A stretch of 63,985 bases of DNA, filler included, from Stramenopiles sp. TOSAG23-2 (Eukaryota), in assembly GCA_900128395.1 (NCBI GenBank). It is 9 parts of 9 records of this genome, joined end to end, with 100 filler letters (N's around TTAATTAATTAA, not from the genome) between each part and the next. Parts side by side here need not be neighbours in the genome. Positions count along the whole stretch, not along the records: positions 36,071 to 43,162 come from LT650359.1; positions 43,263 to 50,353 come from LT650360.1; positions 50,454 to 57,541 come from LT650361.1; 6 more parts are not named here. One strand, 5' to 3'. This document shows, in pieces, positions 41,928 to 52,338 of this stretch (positions within the stretch are counted from its first letter, which is position 1; each line of letters starts with the position of its first letter). The position numbers and the translations under genes were made by a program. A model generated the notes under the pieces. The model ran no database searches, was not told the DNA's origin, and worked only from the letters and a program-made list of their open reading frames with translations.

Positions 41928-42944
41928 TTAAATACTTTGTTTTTCCTCCTCCACCACCACCTCCTCCTCCTTCTCCAATTGCTTCTTCTTTTTACTCGAT
42001 GAATATTTCTTTTCTAATAATAATATAGGAGGATATTCCTTTATTTTGGAATTTACAATGCTACGTTTAGATTTTAAAAGATTAAATGCATTTTCAATTG
42101 TCATTCCTTTACTTATATAATACGCCATACCCATTGTTGCTGCTCTTCCAATACCTCCTTTACAATGAATAAAAACTTTACTTCCCACTGTACTTTTCAA
42201 CTTATTATTTATAAATTGAATACCTTTTTCTAACTTTTCTAATGTTGGTGATATCGTATCAACCGTTTGAAGACGTAATTGTTCGATTCCTACATTTGTA
42301 TATTGTGATTGTGGACCAGCCCATTCATGACACATATTAACAACTCCAACAATGTTTTTGGACTTCATAAATTCAACATCTTCTGCCATAGGAAATGAGC
42401 CAACAACAACTTGGTCATCAATTTCAGAATAAAATGGACCAAACATTCGATGATTACATGCTCTTGCAAATTGCCCTGCAAATAATAATGGGGGATCCCA
42501 AAAAACTTGTATAACTCCTTTGTTGATTTCTAATAATTTCATATTGTCAAAACGAGCAAAAATACCAATTGGTATGAACCAGATGAATAAACTTTTTTTT
42601 CTAAAATGTTTCAATATATTATGTTGCAGTCCTTTTGTTGGATTTATGATAATTTGAGGTAACGAAAAGACTAGCATTGCCCAACTGATCATGCTTATTA
42701 ATACGAAGAAATCAAAACACATTGTCACATATTTTGAACCGCCATTATCTGAATACAATGTATGAAATTTTTCCATTTTATTACGTTCAGATAGAATGCC
42801 AATAGAGATTAATATTCCAAGTGGATATAGCCCCGCAAATGTTTTCTTTTTAAATATATATAATGATATGCATGATATGACAATACCTATTGCAACTAAA
42901 TACATTGGCATGGAATAATTTGTCGTATTATTTGTATCTACCAT
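41928..42944 (-). CDS. PTPMT1-like dual-specificity (phosphatidylglycerophosphate) phosphatase with a multi-TM N-terminus
   Basis: YSEIDDQVVVGSFP, GVVNMC.E..GP...Y...GIEQLRL.TVD..SP, and CX5R loop IHCKGGIGRA. Confidence 0.8.
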   Translation of the reverse strand: MVDTNNTTNYSMPMYLVAIGIVISCISLYIFKKKTFAGLYPLGILISIGILSERNKMEKFHTLYSDNGGSKYVTMCFDFFVLISMISWAMLVFSLPQIIINPTKGLQHNILKHFRKKSLFIWFIPIGIFARFDNMKLLEINKGVIQVFWDPPLLFAGQFARACNHRMFGPFYSEIDDQVVVGSFPMAEDVEFMKSKNIVGVVNMCHEWAGPQSQYTNVGIEQLRLQTVDTISPTLEKLEKGIQFINNKLKSTVGSKVFIHCKGGIGRAATMGMAYYISKGMTIENAFNLLKSKRSIVNSKIKEYPPILLLEKKYSSSKKKKQLEKEEEVVVEEEKQSI

Positions 42945-43036
42945 TTTATTTTTTCTTTATTGTATTATTATTGACGTTGTTGTTTTTAATATTTTATTTT
43001 CATTCAATACAACGATCGTATTTTCTATCTATACAT

Positions 43037-43155
43037 ATACATGATACAATTTCTTTTTATTGAATATATAATATACTTATTTTCCAATCTAAAAAATTAC
43101 TACACATACATGATACAATTTCTTTTTATTGAATATATAATATACTTATTTTCCA
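43037..43155. repeat. 50-bp direct duplication near the contig end
   Basis: ATACATGATACAATTTCTTTTTATTGAATATATAATATACTTATTTTCCA at 43037-43086 and 43106-43155. Confidence 0.85.
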
Positions 43156-43162
43156 TTCTCTC

Positions 43163-43262
43163 NNNNNNNNNNNNNNNNNNNNNNNNNNNNNNNNNNNNNN
43201 NNNNNNTTAATTAATTAANNNNNNNNNNNNNNNNNNNNNNNNNNNNNNNNNNNNNNNNNNNN
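43163..43262. other. Artificial contig spacer
   Basis: N44-TTAATTAATTAA-N44. Confidence 0.98.
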
Positions 43263-43525
43263 ACTGTATATGCGAATAGCATAGCGGGGTTTCCTGAGTA
43301 CATTCGTCATTCCAGCTGAGCATCTGAGCATTCCAGCATTCTTCCAGCATTCATTTACAATCATACATTCCAGCATTCTTCTTCATCGAATTTAAATTAT
43401 TATTAAAATATAATAATAATAAATGATTGATTTCTTCTTCGATTGCGGTTTTGGATTATTATTATTATGTCATAGAAAGCAAGATCAACAGACGAGATCA
43501 AAATTTGTTTCGAATAACGATCAAG

Positions 43526-46500
43526 ATGATGGTACGTCATACTTTTTTTCCATCTTCTAAATTATTAATATCTACTATGATGATAATTGCTATATATATA
43601 TGCTCCATTTTATTATTAAGTACATCCAATTTGCATATAACTGCAGTTGAATTTGTAAAAACACATCATGTTAAAACATTATTAGAAAATTACATGAATT
43701 TAAACGACAATCAATTGAGATCGATATTGACACCAGGTTTTCCATTACATCGATTTCGTTTAGCCGTAAGTGATTTAAAAAATTCGTTTGAAGCAATTGA
43801 AAGTAAAATTTCACCATATTTTGATTTAATTAAAAAACCTTTGCCATTGTCTTCTTCATCTGTTTCAGCTAGTACTACTGATGAGCATTTTTCGCAGCAG
43901 GAATCCATCGCATCTACTGTTACTACCATGATACAGCATAACAACAATGCCAATAAAGAAGATTTATTATGGAAATGGATTTCACTTCACTCCGGCAATG
44001 CCGATGGTATTAAATTAAAACCAATCAAAGCTTTTGGTCGTGGTATCGTAGCAACAGAAAATATTTTAAAAGGTGAAGAAGTTGCTGTTATTGATAGAAA
44101 ATGTATTATGCGAGCTAGTTTAACTATTGAAACATCTAAAAATTGCAAGAAATTGTATGAAGGATGGACTAAAGATGGTAGTAAAAATATAATGAAACAT
44201 AAATCACATCAAACAGTTGATAAAGCATTATTATCAGTTTTTTTATTGGAGGAAAAAGCAAAAGGAAAAAGTTCGTTTTTTTATCCATATATTAACATGT
44301 TGCCAGCAAAAGTTGATTATGTACCTGTCACTTGGAATACCAATGAAATAGAACACTGGTTCCAAGGATCTTTCATGGTACCAGCAATAGCATCACGAAG
44401 GAATGATTTACATAATGAATATCATGAAGGGGTTTTAAGCATATTGCCAGAGTTACGTTATCGGCAAGGATTTACATTTGAAGATTATCTATGGGCAAGA
44501 GTTATCGTAGCAACAAGGGCATTTCGAGTATTTATTAATGGGCAGCTTGACGATATGGAGGAAAAGACCATGTCGGCAAATTCGCAGATTGTATTGGTTC
44601 CAATAGCAGATTTATTGAACCATAAGAAAAGACCACAAACGGAATGGACATTTAATGTAGAATTAAATGCATTTACATTAACTGCAACGAAGGCTATAAC
44701 AATCGATTCTCCAATATATGATTCATATGGCGATAAAAGCAATTTTGAATTTTTATTGAATTTTGGTTTTACAACATATGATGGTAAAAAAAATATACAT
44801 TTTACTATTACTAAAGATGATTTGCAATTAGCTGATCGGCCAGTATGGGCCAATGAGATAAACAATGGCATTGCAAGTGTTAGTAGCAATAACCAACAGA
44901 ATACAAGAACAAGAGGAAGGACATCCATTATCAATCTAGCAGAAGGTGGTGGTGGAAAATCGATAAATGTTGTAGATAAGCCATATTTAAAAAAATATCT
45001 GTTACTAGATAGCATTGACAGACCGTTCCTAGCTTTGGTAGCATATTTACGAAAAGAAGGTGAATTGCATGAGATATGGAAAGACAGTACGGGTGAATTT
45101 GCTATGACCATTATCTCAAAAAAGCTTGTGATGATGAAAGAATCATATGCGACCACGTTGGATCAAGACAAACATATTTATGAAACAATGGATTTTTCAA
45201 CCCAAGGATTATTAGAATCAAACCCATATAAAAAATATGTACATGCGTTAAAATTAAGAATGCAAGAGAAAAGAATTATACAGAAATTAATTGATTTGTG
45301 TGAGAAAAACACCCGATTTATGAAATACTTCCCAAAAGTAAATATTGTTATCGTTCAAGACCACCCTACAGTAAATGGACAAGTGATTGTCTCGACGGAT
45401 CTTGTGCATAGCATTGATCGGAATGGCGATTTGCGTGTTGGAAGCGAAGTAATTGCAAGATGGAAGGGTGGAACAAAGTATTATGAAGCATCTATTTCAC
45501 AAGTCAATGATGAGGATAATACGTATAATTTACATTACTGGGATGGAGATGTTGAATTCAATGTGCCAAAAAAACGTATAGCTTGGCTGTATGATTGTCA
45601 TGTCAGACGTCGTAATATACGCCAAAAGATCAATTCCATCATTAAAAAACGCTTAGAAAACTATTTACATTATGATGATACGATAGAAAATGATAATAAT
45701 ATTAATAATAATAATGGTGATGATCATGATGAAAATGTTGCAAATCGAGAGGAAGATAATGGTACAGGGCTCTTAATTAAATCCTTACAGAAAACATGTT
45801 ACCAGTATCGTCCAAAAAATGATTTTTGGGCTTATGAGTATTGTCCTGGAAAACATGTCATACAATTTCATGAAGAGCAAGAAGTTGCAAATGGTGACAA
45901 AGGTACTATCAAACGGACGCAGACGATACAATTGGGATTATACGATAAGCGTAATAGCAGGATGAATGGGGATGGGCATTTAGCTAACTCTGATGCATAC
46001 GAGGAATGGTATACAAATGGCGACGGTGGAAGAGTAACTACTATTCAATATATATGCCTTCCTAGTTCTGATGATATGATTCGCATCTCAACGAAAGCAT
46101 TGTTTCAGGATAATATATTCTTAGCAAAACAAGAACAAGTAGTAGGAATAGATAATGATAATTTTAACGAAGAAAACAACGTAGTAACTACTATTACTGT
46201 TCATGCTGAACATGTATTGGATAGTAATAAATATATGATTTACATAAAACCGCATTTAACGGTTCATGATTTGAAAGCCAAAATTTTTCATGCATTCTTT
46301 ATAGGAAATCCAGACCATACTAAAATGATCAATGTTATTTATAATGGCGAAGTTTTATCCTCTGATCGTATCATTGAGGATGTTGGGATAACAGAGGATT
46401 CTCATGTCTTTTTTGCATTAGAAGATAAAAATGAAGATACAGAAATTTATTTTCCTGACATAGAGGAGGTTGATGAAGATATTCATACAGAGGGGGGAAA

Positions 46501-46882
46501 TACGGACGGGAAAGCGACGTTACCAAAATTATTCCATGATAGGGATAACAAGATTGTAAATATTACTGAACCCGCAGCATTGACATATGTTATATCATTT
46601 TTAACCCCATTAGCATGTGTAAAAGATGACTTCAAAGAGAAATATTTAACAGAGGAAGACGAAGTTTTGAACTTTGTAAACGATCCAAGCGTAAGTGGTG
46701 TAGGAATTGGTGATTTTTGCTATGCATACACACGTAGAAATAATAAAGGTGTACCGGAATATAATAGTGGGCATATTACAAATATAAATAGTGATGGAAC
46801 ACTAAGTGTTCAATATGATAATGGTAGGTTTGCAAAAAGAGTCATGGCACAGAATGTATTAGTCTTTGATCAAGAAGATTAA
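43526..46882 (+). CDS. Signal/anchor + SETD3/LSMT-type SET domain + Tudor-like + MRH (OS-9/PRKCSH) domain with inserted ubiquitin-like domain + Tudor-like
   Basis: GRGIVAT, F.PYINMLP, LVPIADLLNH, DSYG.KSN..FLLNFGF; VGSEVIARWKGG..YY.A.I...TY...Y.DGD.E; C......FWAYEYC.GKHV.QFH...YTNG..GR.TTIQYIC ... IVNITEP...TY.I.F.TPLAC; TV.DLK.KI...IYNGEVL...IEDVGI..DS.V. Confidence 0.82.
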   Translation: MMVRHTFFPSSKLLISTMMIIAIYICSILLLSTSNLHITAVEFVKTHHVKTLLENYMNLNDNQLRSILTPGFPLHRFRLAVSDLKNSFEAIESKISPYFDLIKKPLPLSSSSVSASTTDEHFSQQESIASTVTTMIQHNNNANKEDLLWKWISLHSGNADGIKLKPIKAFGRGIVATENILKGEEVAVIDRKCIMRASLTIETSKNCKKLYEGWTKDGSKNIMKHKSHQTVDKALLSVFLLEEKAKGKSSFFYPYINMLPAKVDYVPVTWNTNEIEHWFQGSFMVPAIASRRNDLHNEYHEGVLSILPELRYRQGFTFEDYLWARVIVATRAFRVFINGQLDDMEEKTMSANSQIVLVPIADLLNHKKRPQTEWTFNVELNAFTLTATKAITIDSPIYDSYGDKSNFEFLLNFGFTTYDGKKNIHFTITKDDLQLADRPVWANEINNGIASVSSNNQQNTRTRGRTSIINLAEGGGGKSINVVDKPYLKKYLLLDSIDRPFLALVAYLRKEGELHEIWKDSTGEFAMTIISKKLVMMKESYATTLDQDKHIYETMDFSTQGLLESNPYKKYVHALKLRMQEKRIIQKLIDLCEKNTRFMKYFPKVNIVIVQDHPTVNGQVIVSTDLVHSIDRNGDLRVGSEVIARWKGGTKYYEASISQVNDEDNTYNLHYWDGDVEFNVPKKRIAWLYDCHVRRRNIRQKINSIIKKRLENYLHYDDTIENDNNINNNNGDDHDENVANREEDNGTGLLIKSLQKTCYQYRPKNDFWAYEYCPGKHVIQFHEEQEVANGDKGTIKRTQTIQLGLYDKRNSRMNGDGHLANSDAYEEWYTNGDGGRVTTIQYICLPSSDDMIRISTKALFQDNIFLAKQEQVVGIDNDNFNEENNVVTTITVHAEHVLDSNKYMIYIKPHLTVHDLKAKIFHAFFIGNPDHTKMINVIYNGEVLSSDRIIEDVGITEDSHVFFALEDKNEDTEIYFPDIEEVDEDIHTEGGNTDGKATLPKLFHDRDNKIVNITEPAALTYVISFLTPLACVKDDFKEKYLTEEDEVLNFVNDPSVSGVGIGDFCYAYTRRNNKGVPEYNSGHITNINSDGTLSVQYDNGRFAKRVMAQNVLVFDQED

Positions 46883-47298
46883 GAGAGGGAGAAAAAACAA
46901 AAAAAAACGAAGTGTAGTGTGTGGTGTGGTCTTCCTGGGAAAACGTAGATTTGGACCTGGAAGATCTATGGTGTCCAGAGAAGTGTGGTGGGTTCTTTTT
47001 TAAAAATTACGTGTACGAACTGGGTTTTCTTGTGTAAAATTTTACGAAACTTCTGTAGAACATGGATAAAATATTTTATGATAAAAACATTTTATAATAA
47101 TGTGAATTATTTAAGATACACGATTATATGCATGTGTTGTTTATAATTATATACTTTTGATATTATATATACGAGGCGTGTATTATTTAAAAAAAACGCG
47201 AGTGGGATAACCTCTCTCTCTCTTATAGTACACACACACACATATACTTTGTTGCACACACACACATGTTATAGTCTTTAAATTATTTCTAATTATTT

Positions 47299-48243
47299 TT
47301 ATCCAACCAAAAGTGACACTAACGTACGTTTAACAACATCTTTTACACTTTCATCAATTGCAAATTTTAAGCCAGATGATAGCAATGCTTTGGACAATTG
47401 TGCTTCCACACCACGCCATAAACCAAAGAAACCTTCTTCCTTTAATATACCCATGAAAACTTCTGAGGAAGTTACTTTTTTCTTCGGTTTACCATCTTTA
47501 TCTTTACTACCACCTTTACCCACTTGCATCAATACTTTAACACGTATATATGGGAAAGTCATAAAGGTAGCAACTGCTTTTGCAACGACACCTAACCAAA
47601 ATGCAGCGCCAACGCCTAAATTTGCATCAGCAGCTAGTTGATATGCTCTTATAACTTGTATTTTTAATTGTTCAAATACCATAAATTCAATCGCTGGATT
47701 TATGGATAGAATTATACTAGGAAAAATACCACGATATAAACCAGAATATCCACTTTTTTTAACGATATCTTTCGTGACTTGGGCTAAGCTTCTACTATTT
47801 GTTCCAGATGATTCAACCATCATAACAGCAGAAATGACTTGGATCGGCAATGTTACTAATGTATTTGCAACAGCTGCAACGTAACCAACCACTAAGTTTA
47901 GAAAGGCTCCCAACTTTGCGTTCCCACTTACAAATAATGCTGTAAACAGTTGTGTAAAGTAAGAGTAAAAATAGTAAAATGTAAATTTTGTAGTCAATTG
48001 TTCTAACAAACGTACATGACCACCATTATACAAACCTTTAACACCTTCTGTTTTATATACGTATGCAACTAAAGCCCATATGTTTTTTGGCATTTTTGAC
48101 GATTTGTCAGACTGTTTACTATTTGCATACAATTTTGCCTTACATACGTCCAATGGTAATAATATAGCAGTTGAAACAACAGATGCTATCGCACCATTGC
48201 ATGCACGTATGAAATCATTCATCGCCGGGGATGGTTGTGCCAT
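47299..48243 (-). CDS. Peroxisomal adenine nucleotide/CoA carrier (PMP34/ANT1/PNC-like, SLC25 family)
   Basis: Three carrier repeats (PLDVCK, PIQVI, PYIRVK), F.FYYFYS, G..PSIILSINPAI.F.VFEQLK, AFWLG.VAK.VAT..TFP. Confidence 0.87.
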   Translation of the reverse strand: MAQPSPAMNDFIRACNGAIASVVSTAILLPLDVCKAKLYANSKQSDKSSKMPKNIWALVAYVYKTEGVKGLYNGGHVRLLEQLTTKFTFYYFYSYFTQLFTALFVSGNAKLGAFLNLVVGYVAAVANTLVTLPIQVISAVMMVESSGTNSRSLAQVTKDIVKKSGYSGLYRGIFPSIILSINPAIEFMVFEQLKIQVIRAYQLAADANLGVGAAFWLGVVAKAVATFMTFPYIRVKVLMQVGKGGSKDKDGKPKKKVTSSEVFMGILKEEGFFGLWRGVEAQLSKALLSSGLKFAIDESVKDVVKRTLVSLLVG

Positions 48244-48590
48244 GATAAAAGCAAAGTTATGTCGTTCATGAAATTTAACTGAATAATTATGATATATATA
48301 TATATATATATATATATGTAATGTGTTTGTGTTAATTTGCAACTGCACAACAACTATTAATATTAAATATAATAATAATAATAATATAACTGCATTTTTT
48401 TTTTTTTAAATTATTATATGTGATTTTTTTTGATTTTCAATATCCCTGCTCCTATACTGTGTACCTGTTATGTGCTTTAGCGATTAGTCTAACCCCATTG
48501 CCTCCTCCTCCGATGGCGGCTCGGGAAGACCTGCAAGACTCTGCGCTTTTATGCATATATAGAAGAGAGGATCAGATCTACTTTTACCCA

Positions 48591-48867
48591 GCTTGCCAGA
48601 GTAATGGCTTTACTCATTGTGTGATAATTCGTATATATGTGCATAATGCACTAATCCCACAATAAATTAAGAGCAAGTGTCGATATATTAATATCTATCT
48701 CACAGTATATGCGCTTGCCAGAGTAATGGCTAGTACTCATGTGTGATAAAGTGATAATTCGATAAATTCGTACATGGCAACTATAATATGCATACTCTCA
48801 AAACAATAAATTAACCAAGTCAATATATCATGTATATATATATCATAATAATCATATCTCACAGTAT
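48591..48867. repeat. Two diverged tandem copies (48591-48708, 48713-48867)
   Basis: Both start GCTTGCCAGAGTAATGGCT..TACTCAT, contain CAATAAATTAA, and end ATCTCACAGTAT. Confidence 0.8.
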
Positions 48868-49027
48868 GATATTATGTGTCAATAATAACTCCTATAACAG
48901 GAGGAATTATATATATATATATATATCAATTACAGCACTATTTTATCCCCCTTTCTCTATTCCTCTCATCACTTTTGTTTGTAGTTTGTACACATAATAC
49001 ACGCTCTTAATATATTTTTTGCTATTT

Positions 49028-49960
49028 TTATAAATTATTTTTATCGCTAAAAATATTGACATTTAACTCCGTTGGTGCATCATTTAATGTGAAAAATTGA
49101 TGCCGTACACCCATTTGATTTACATGGACAATTCGAAACCCACTAACATTCTTGCCAATTTGTAATTTCATTGGTTGTATTAATCCTTGACTAAAATCTT
49201 TTCCCATACTATCTATAGCAGTTCCAATCGCAGATGAAACAATAATTTCTAAATCTTCATCGTAAGCTATAGCATTTTGATGGTAATGCCCACAAAACCA
49301 TGCAACACATCCACTAAGTTTAGACATTTCTAATAATTTTTTGCGATGTTTCAAAGGTAAATTCGCCCATGATTCTTTTTCATTTTTATTTAAAATAAAA
49401 GGAGGAATGTGGCTAAAAAAAATGCAAGGTGCATCCCGTCTTTCTTTCTCCTCGTTCACTTCTTTTGCTAACCATTTTTCTTGAGCTATAAAATCATCAC
49501 CTGTCTTTGAACTATCTTTATATATCTGGCTGTTGATAACTACCATTCTACAATTATTAACAAAAAAACTATAATAATCTCTACCCCACGTCTTTCTATA
49601 TTCTTCCATGGTTTCTTTGGTAGGCGTTTGCCCCACATCATGGTTGCCACACATACAAATAAATGGTATATCTTTGTTCAACTTACTTATACTATATTTC
49701 AAGTCTTTTGTCTGCCCAGCTCTAACTGAAACATTTTTCTTCGTCGGGAAAGCGTTTATTAAATCTCCACACATTGTAACAAATTTGGGTTTTGGCTTCA
49801 TTTTATTCACTTTCTCTATTCCCTCCATTAACATTTCTTTTTCTTGTATCCAATTTTTATTACCTTTTAACATACCTAGCTGGCAGTCCGCCATATTTAC
49901 AAAAAAAAATGGTTCCACATCTTCCCCATTTGGCTTGTTTGACGATAATCCCGCTGACAT
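49028..49960 (-). CDS. CPPED1: Calcineurin-like metallophosphoesterase
   Basis: PFFFV.MADCQLG, PKFV..CGDL.NA.P, CGNHDVG..PT, F.H.PPF, FCGHYHQNA, SSAIG. Confidence 0.9.
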   Translation of the reverse strand: MSAGLSSNKPNGEDVEPFFFVNMADCQLGMLKGNKNWIQEKEMLMEGIEKVNKMKPKPKFVTMCGDLINAFPTKKNVSVRAGQTKDLKYSISKLNKDIPFICMCGNHDVGQTPTKETMEEYRKTWGRDYYSFFVNNCRMVVINSQIYKDSSKTGDDFIAQEKWLAKEVNEEKERRDAPCIFFSHIPPFILNKNEKESWANLPLKHRKKLLEMSKLSGCVAWFCGHYHQNAIAYDEDLEIIVSSAIGTAIDSMGKDFSQGLIQPMKLQIGKNVSGFRIVHVNQMGVRHQFFTLNDAPTELNVNIFSDKNNL

Positions 49961-50353
49961 TATTAGTTATATTGGGTACAAATAAAATATATTTTGATAT
50001 GTCCTTCATATACAATGTCTTGTGGAATATGATATACCTGTATGTATTTATTACAAATTGTAAAATATATTTTTTATTTGGAATTCTAAGTAAAACGTTT
50101 ACGAATGCACAATGCTAATGCAATACTAACTACTACAAATTTTTAATATATAGGCAAAAATCATCCAAATATTATACGAATATTATTAGTCTAAATTAGA
50201 GTGGAATTTAAATTTATATTAGAAATACTTCTACCTTAAATAAAATGAATGAATTAATAATTATTTTCTCTCTGTTATATTTATTAATTTTTTTTGCTTT
50301 GTTGTTGAATGAAATGACATTTTTACACACAGTATATGTTAATATACAGGAGG

Positions 50354-50453
50354 NNNNNNNNNNNNNNNNNNNNNNNNNNNNNNNNNNNNNNNNNNNNTTA
50401 ATTAATTAANNNNNNNNNNNNNNNNNNNNNNNNNNNNNNNNNNNNNNNNNNNN
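50354..50453. other. Artificial contig spacer
   Basis: N44-TTAATTAATTAA-N44. Confidence 0.98.
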
Positions 50454-50576
50454 AAAAGCTATACAACAATATAAAAAAGATGGATCAAACGGGTATCAAC
50501 AAGTGAAAAAGATGGAGATATCCTACTAAATAATTAATATATATATATTTATATACTACCAACTAAAATATCCTAT

Positions 50577-51194
50577 ATGCATTACTATAATAATTTTTTA
50601 TTTCACCCCACCCCCCCCCCGGGGGCGGACTCTGGTGCGTATGGTGGCTGGCGGGGTATCACCTCCTCGGCAGACGGGACGAAGCTGGCAGCGGCTGCGT
50701 TTACTGCTAACATATGGACCTCCAGCAACAGCGGTGCGACCTGGACGGAAGATACCTCCGTTGGTGCGACGAAAGCTTGGTATGGTATCACCTCCTCGGC
50801 TAATGGGACGAAGCTGGCGGCAGCTGTGAGTTGGGGCAACATATGGACCTCCATTGAATGTCCTGCTGGTAACCGCCATACCCCTGGGCTTTGTAAGCCA
50901 TGGACTACGTGTTCTGCTGGTCAAAAGATAACCCAGAACGGAACAACAACCGCCGACCGACAATGCGGCGCATGCCTTTATGGAACCTTCACATCAACAA
51001 TAAATCAGTTTAGTTGTAAGCCATGGACTGTTTGTGATTTAGAAAATGGAGAAACGCTAGCAAAGATGGCTACTTTAAGCAATGACTATGAATGTTCCCC
51101 TCCAGCAGAAGAAGTTGCTTCTTCCTTGGTGTCGTCTGCTGTTGCCGCGCCACTTGCCCTGCTTACTGTATTCTTCATTATGTTGTTAGCTTAA
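50577..51194 (+). CDS. 3' part of a cell-surface protein: Asp-box/BNR-like propeller repeats + TNFR-like Cys repeats + GPI/TM tail
   Basis: Two W.GITSSA.GTKLAAA....NIWTS repeats with SSNSGATW; CKPWT.C...GTTTADRQC..C..GTF...CKPWTVC; hydrophobic C-terminus. The true 5' end is missing. Confidence 0.65.
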   Translation: MHYYNNFLFHPTPPPGADSGAYGGWRGITSSADGTKLAAAAFTANIWTSSNSGATWTEDTSVGATKAWYGITSSANGTKLAAAVSWGNIWTSIECPAGNRHTPGLCKPWTTCSAGQKITQNGTTTADRQCGACLYGTFTSTINQFSCKPWTVCDLENGETLAKMATLSNDYECSPPAEEVASSLVSSAVAAPLALLTVFFIMLLA

Positions 51195-51859
51195 ATGTTG
51201 AATTTTTCATTTTTATTGTTACGCTCCAGGAGCTATCAGAGAGGAACTTAATAGTAAACCTGGACCATAGGGTCTCGAATTTCTTAGATTAAAAAATAAA
51301 AAAAAACATGTAAATATGATGGGAATGTGTGAAAATGATACAAATGTAATTGTTTTTGTGATGGATTACTTAAATATAGATGTACAACTTCACCATTGTG
51401 TCATTTCACTTTCTGTTGATCAAAAAAAATGTTCTTTATATGTATAAAATCACCGTCGTGCCCTTTATAAAAATGCTCAATTTCTAAAGTGCGTTTATGC
51501 CATCTTCTTGGATTAAAAATATAAATGATATGCATACAAATTTTCCAAAAATTCATGATTTTTGGGAGATCTAGGAATTATAATGCACGAGGTTTGATAG
51601 TAAAAATATGTGTAATTTGTACTTATTAGTATTTGGTAAAATTTTATTTTATCAACTGGAAGCTCCTCCTCAGATAAACCGGGTCGTATAATATATATTT
51701 AAATTTAATTTTTTTTCAAATTTTTATCTCTTGTCATATCATATATATTCATATTTCTCTATCTGGTGGCATCTCTCCTCTCTGTTATGGTATTTTCAGT
51801 TTTAATAATTGATATATAATAGTACTAAATAATATATTATATTATTATCATCATGTTTG

Positions 51860-51893
<34 letters not shown>

Positions 51894-51955
51894 TTTTCGT
51901 TAGCAAATAAAGTACTAACATCATATCGATTATAACATATTTAAAAAAACAACAG

Positions 51956-52338
51956 GTAAATGTTTCGCAGGTTTCAATGGTGAAGGTTGCAGACGTACTG
52001 CATGCCCAAATGATTGCAATGGTCATGGTATCTGCCAAAGTTTGGAAAAATTTGCAAAAGATTACGTTCCATTTGATATATATGAAGATATTACTGCTGA
52101 ATACGATAGTGCATGGGATGCTAAATACAGTTACGGATGTAAATGTGACGATGGTTTCCGTGGTCCAGATTGTTCTTTAATCGAATGTCCATCAGTTGAT
52201 GATGCTCTTGGTGGCCATGGTAACACCAAAGGCCGTGATTGCTCTGGCCGTGGTAAATGTGATTACAGTTCTGGTTTATGTGAATGTTTCTCAGGATATT
52301 ATGGTAATGCATGTCAAACACAAACAACATTGAACTAA
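51956..52338 (+). CDS. Last exon of a tubular mastigoneme protein (Sig1/Ocm1 family, EGF-like repeats)
   Basis: After TACTAAC (51913) and a CAG acceptor (51955): CKCFAGFNGEGCRRTACPNDCNGHGIC...WDAKYSYGCKCDDGFRGPDCSLIECPS.DD.LGG.GN..GRDCSGRG.CDYSSGLC.CFSGYYG..CQ. Confidence 0.85.

Noticed and set aside
44485-45156. Long antisense ORFs (also 53758-54384, 8107-8529, 11767-12204, 4306-4659 and similar)
   Set aside because: They are shadows of real genes on the opposite strand, with no independent motifs.
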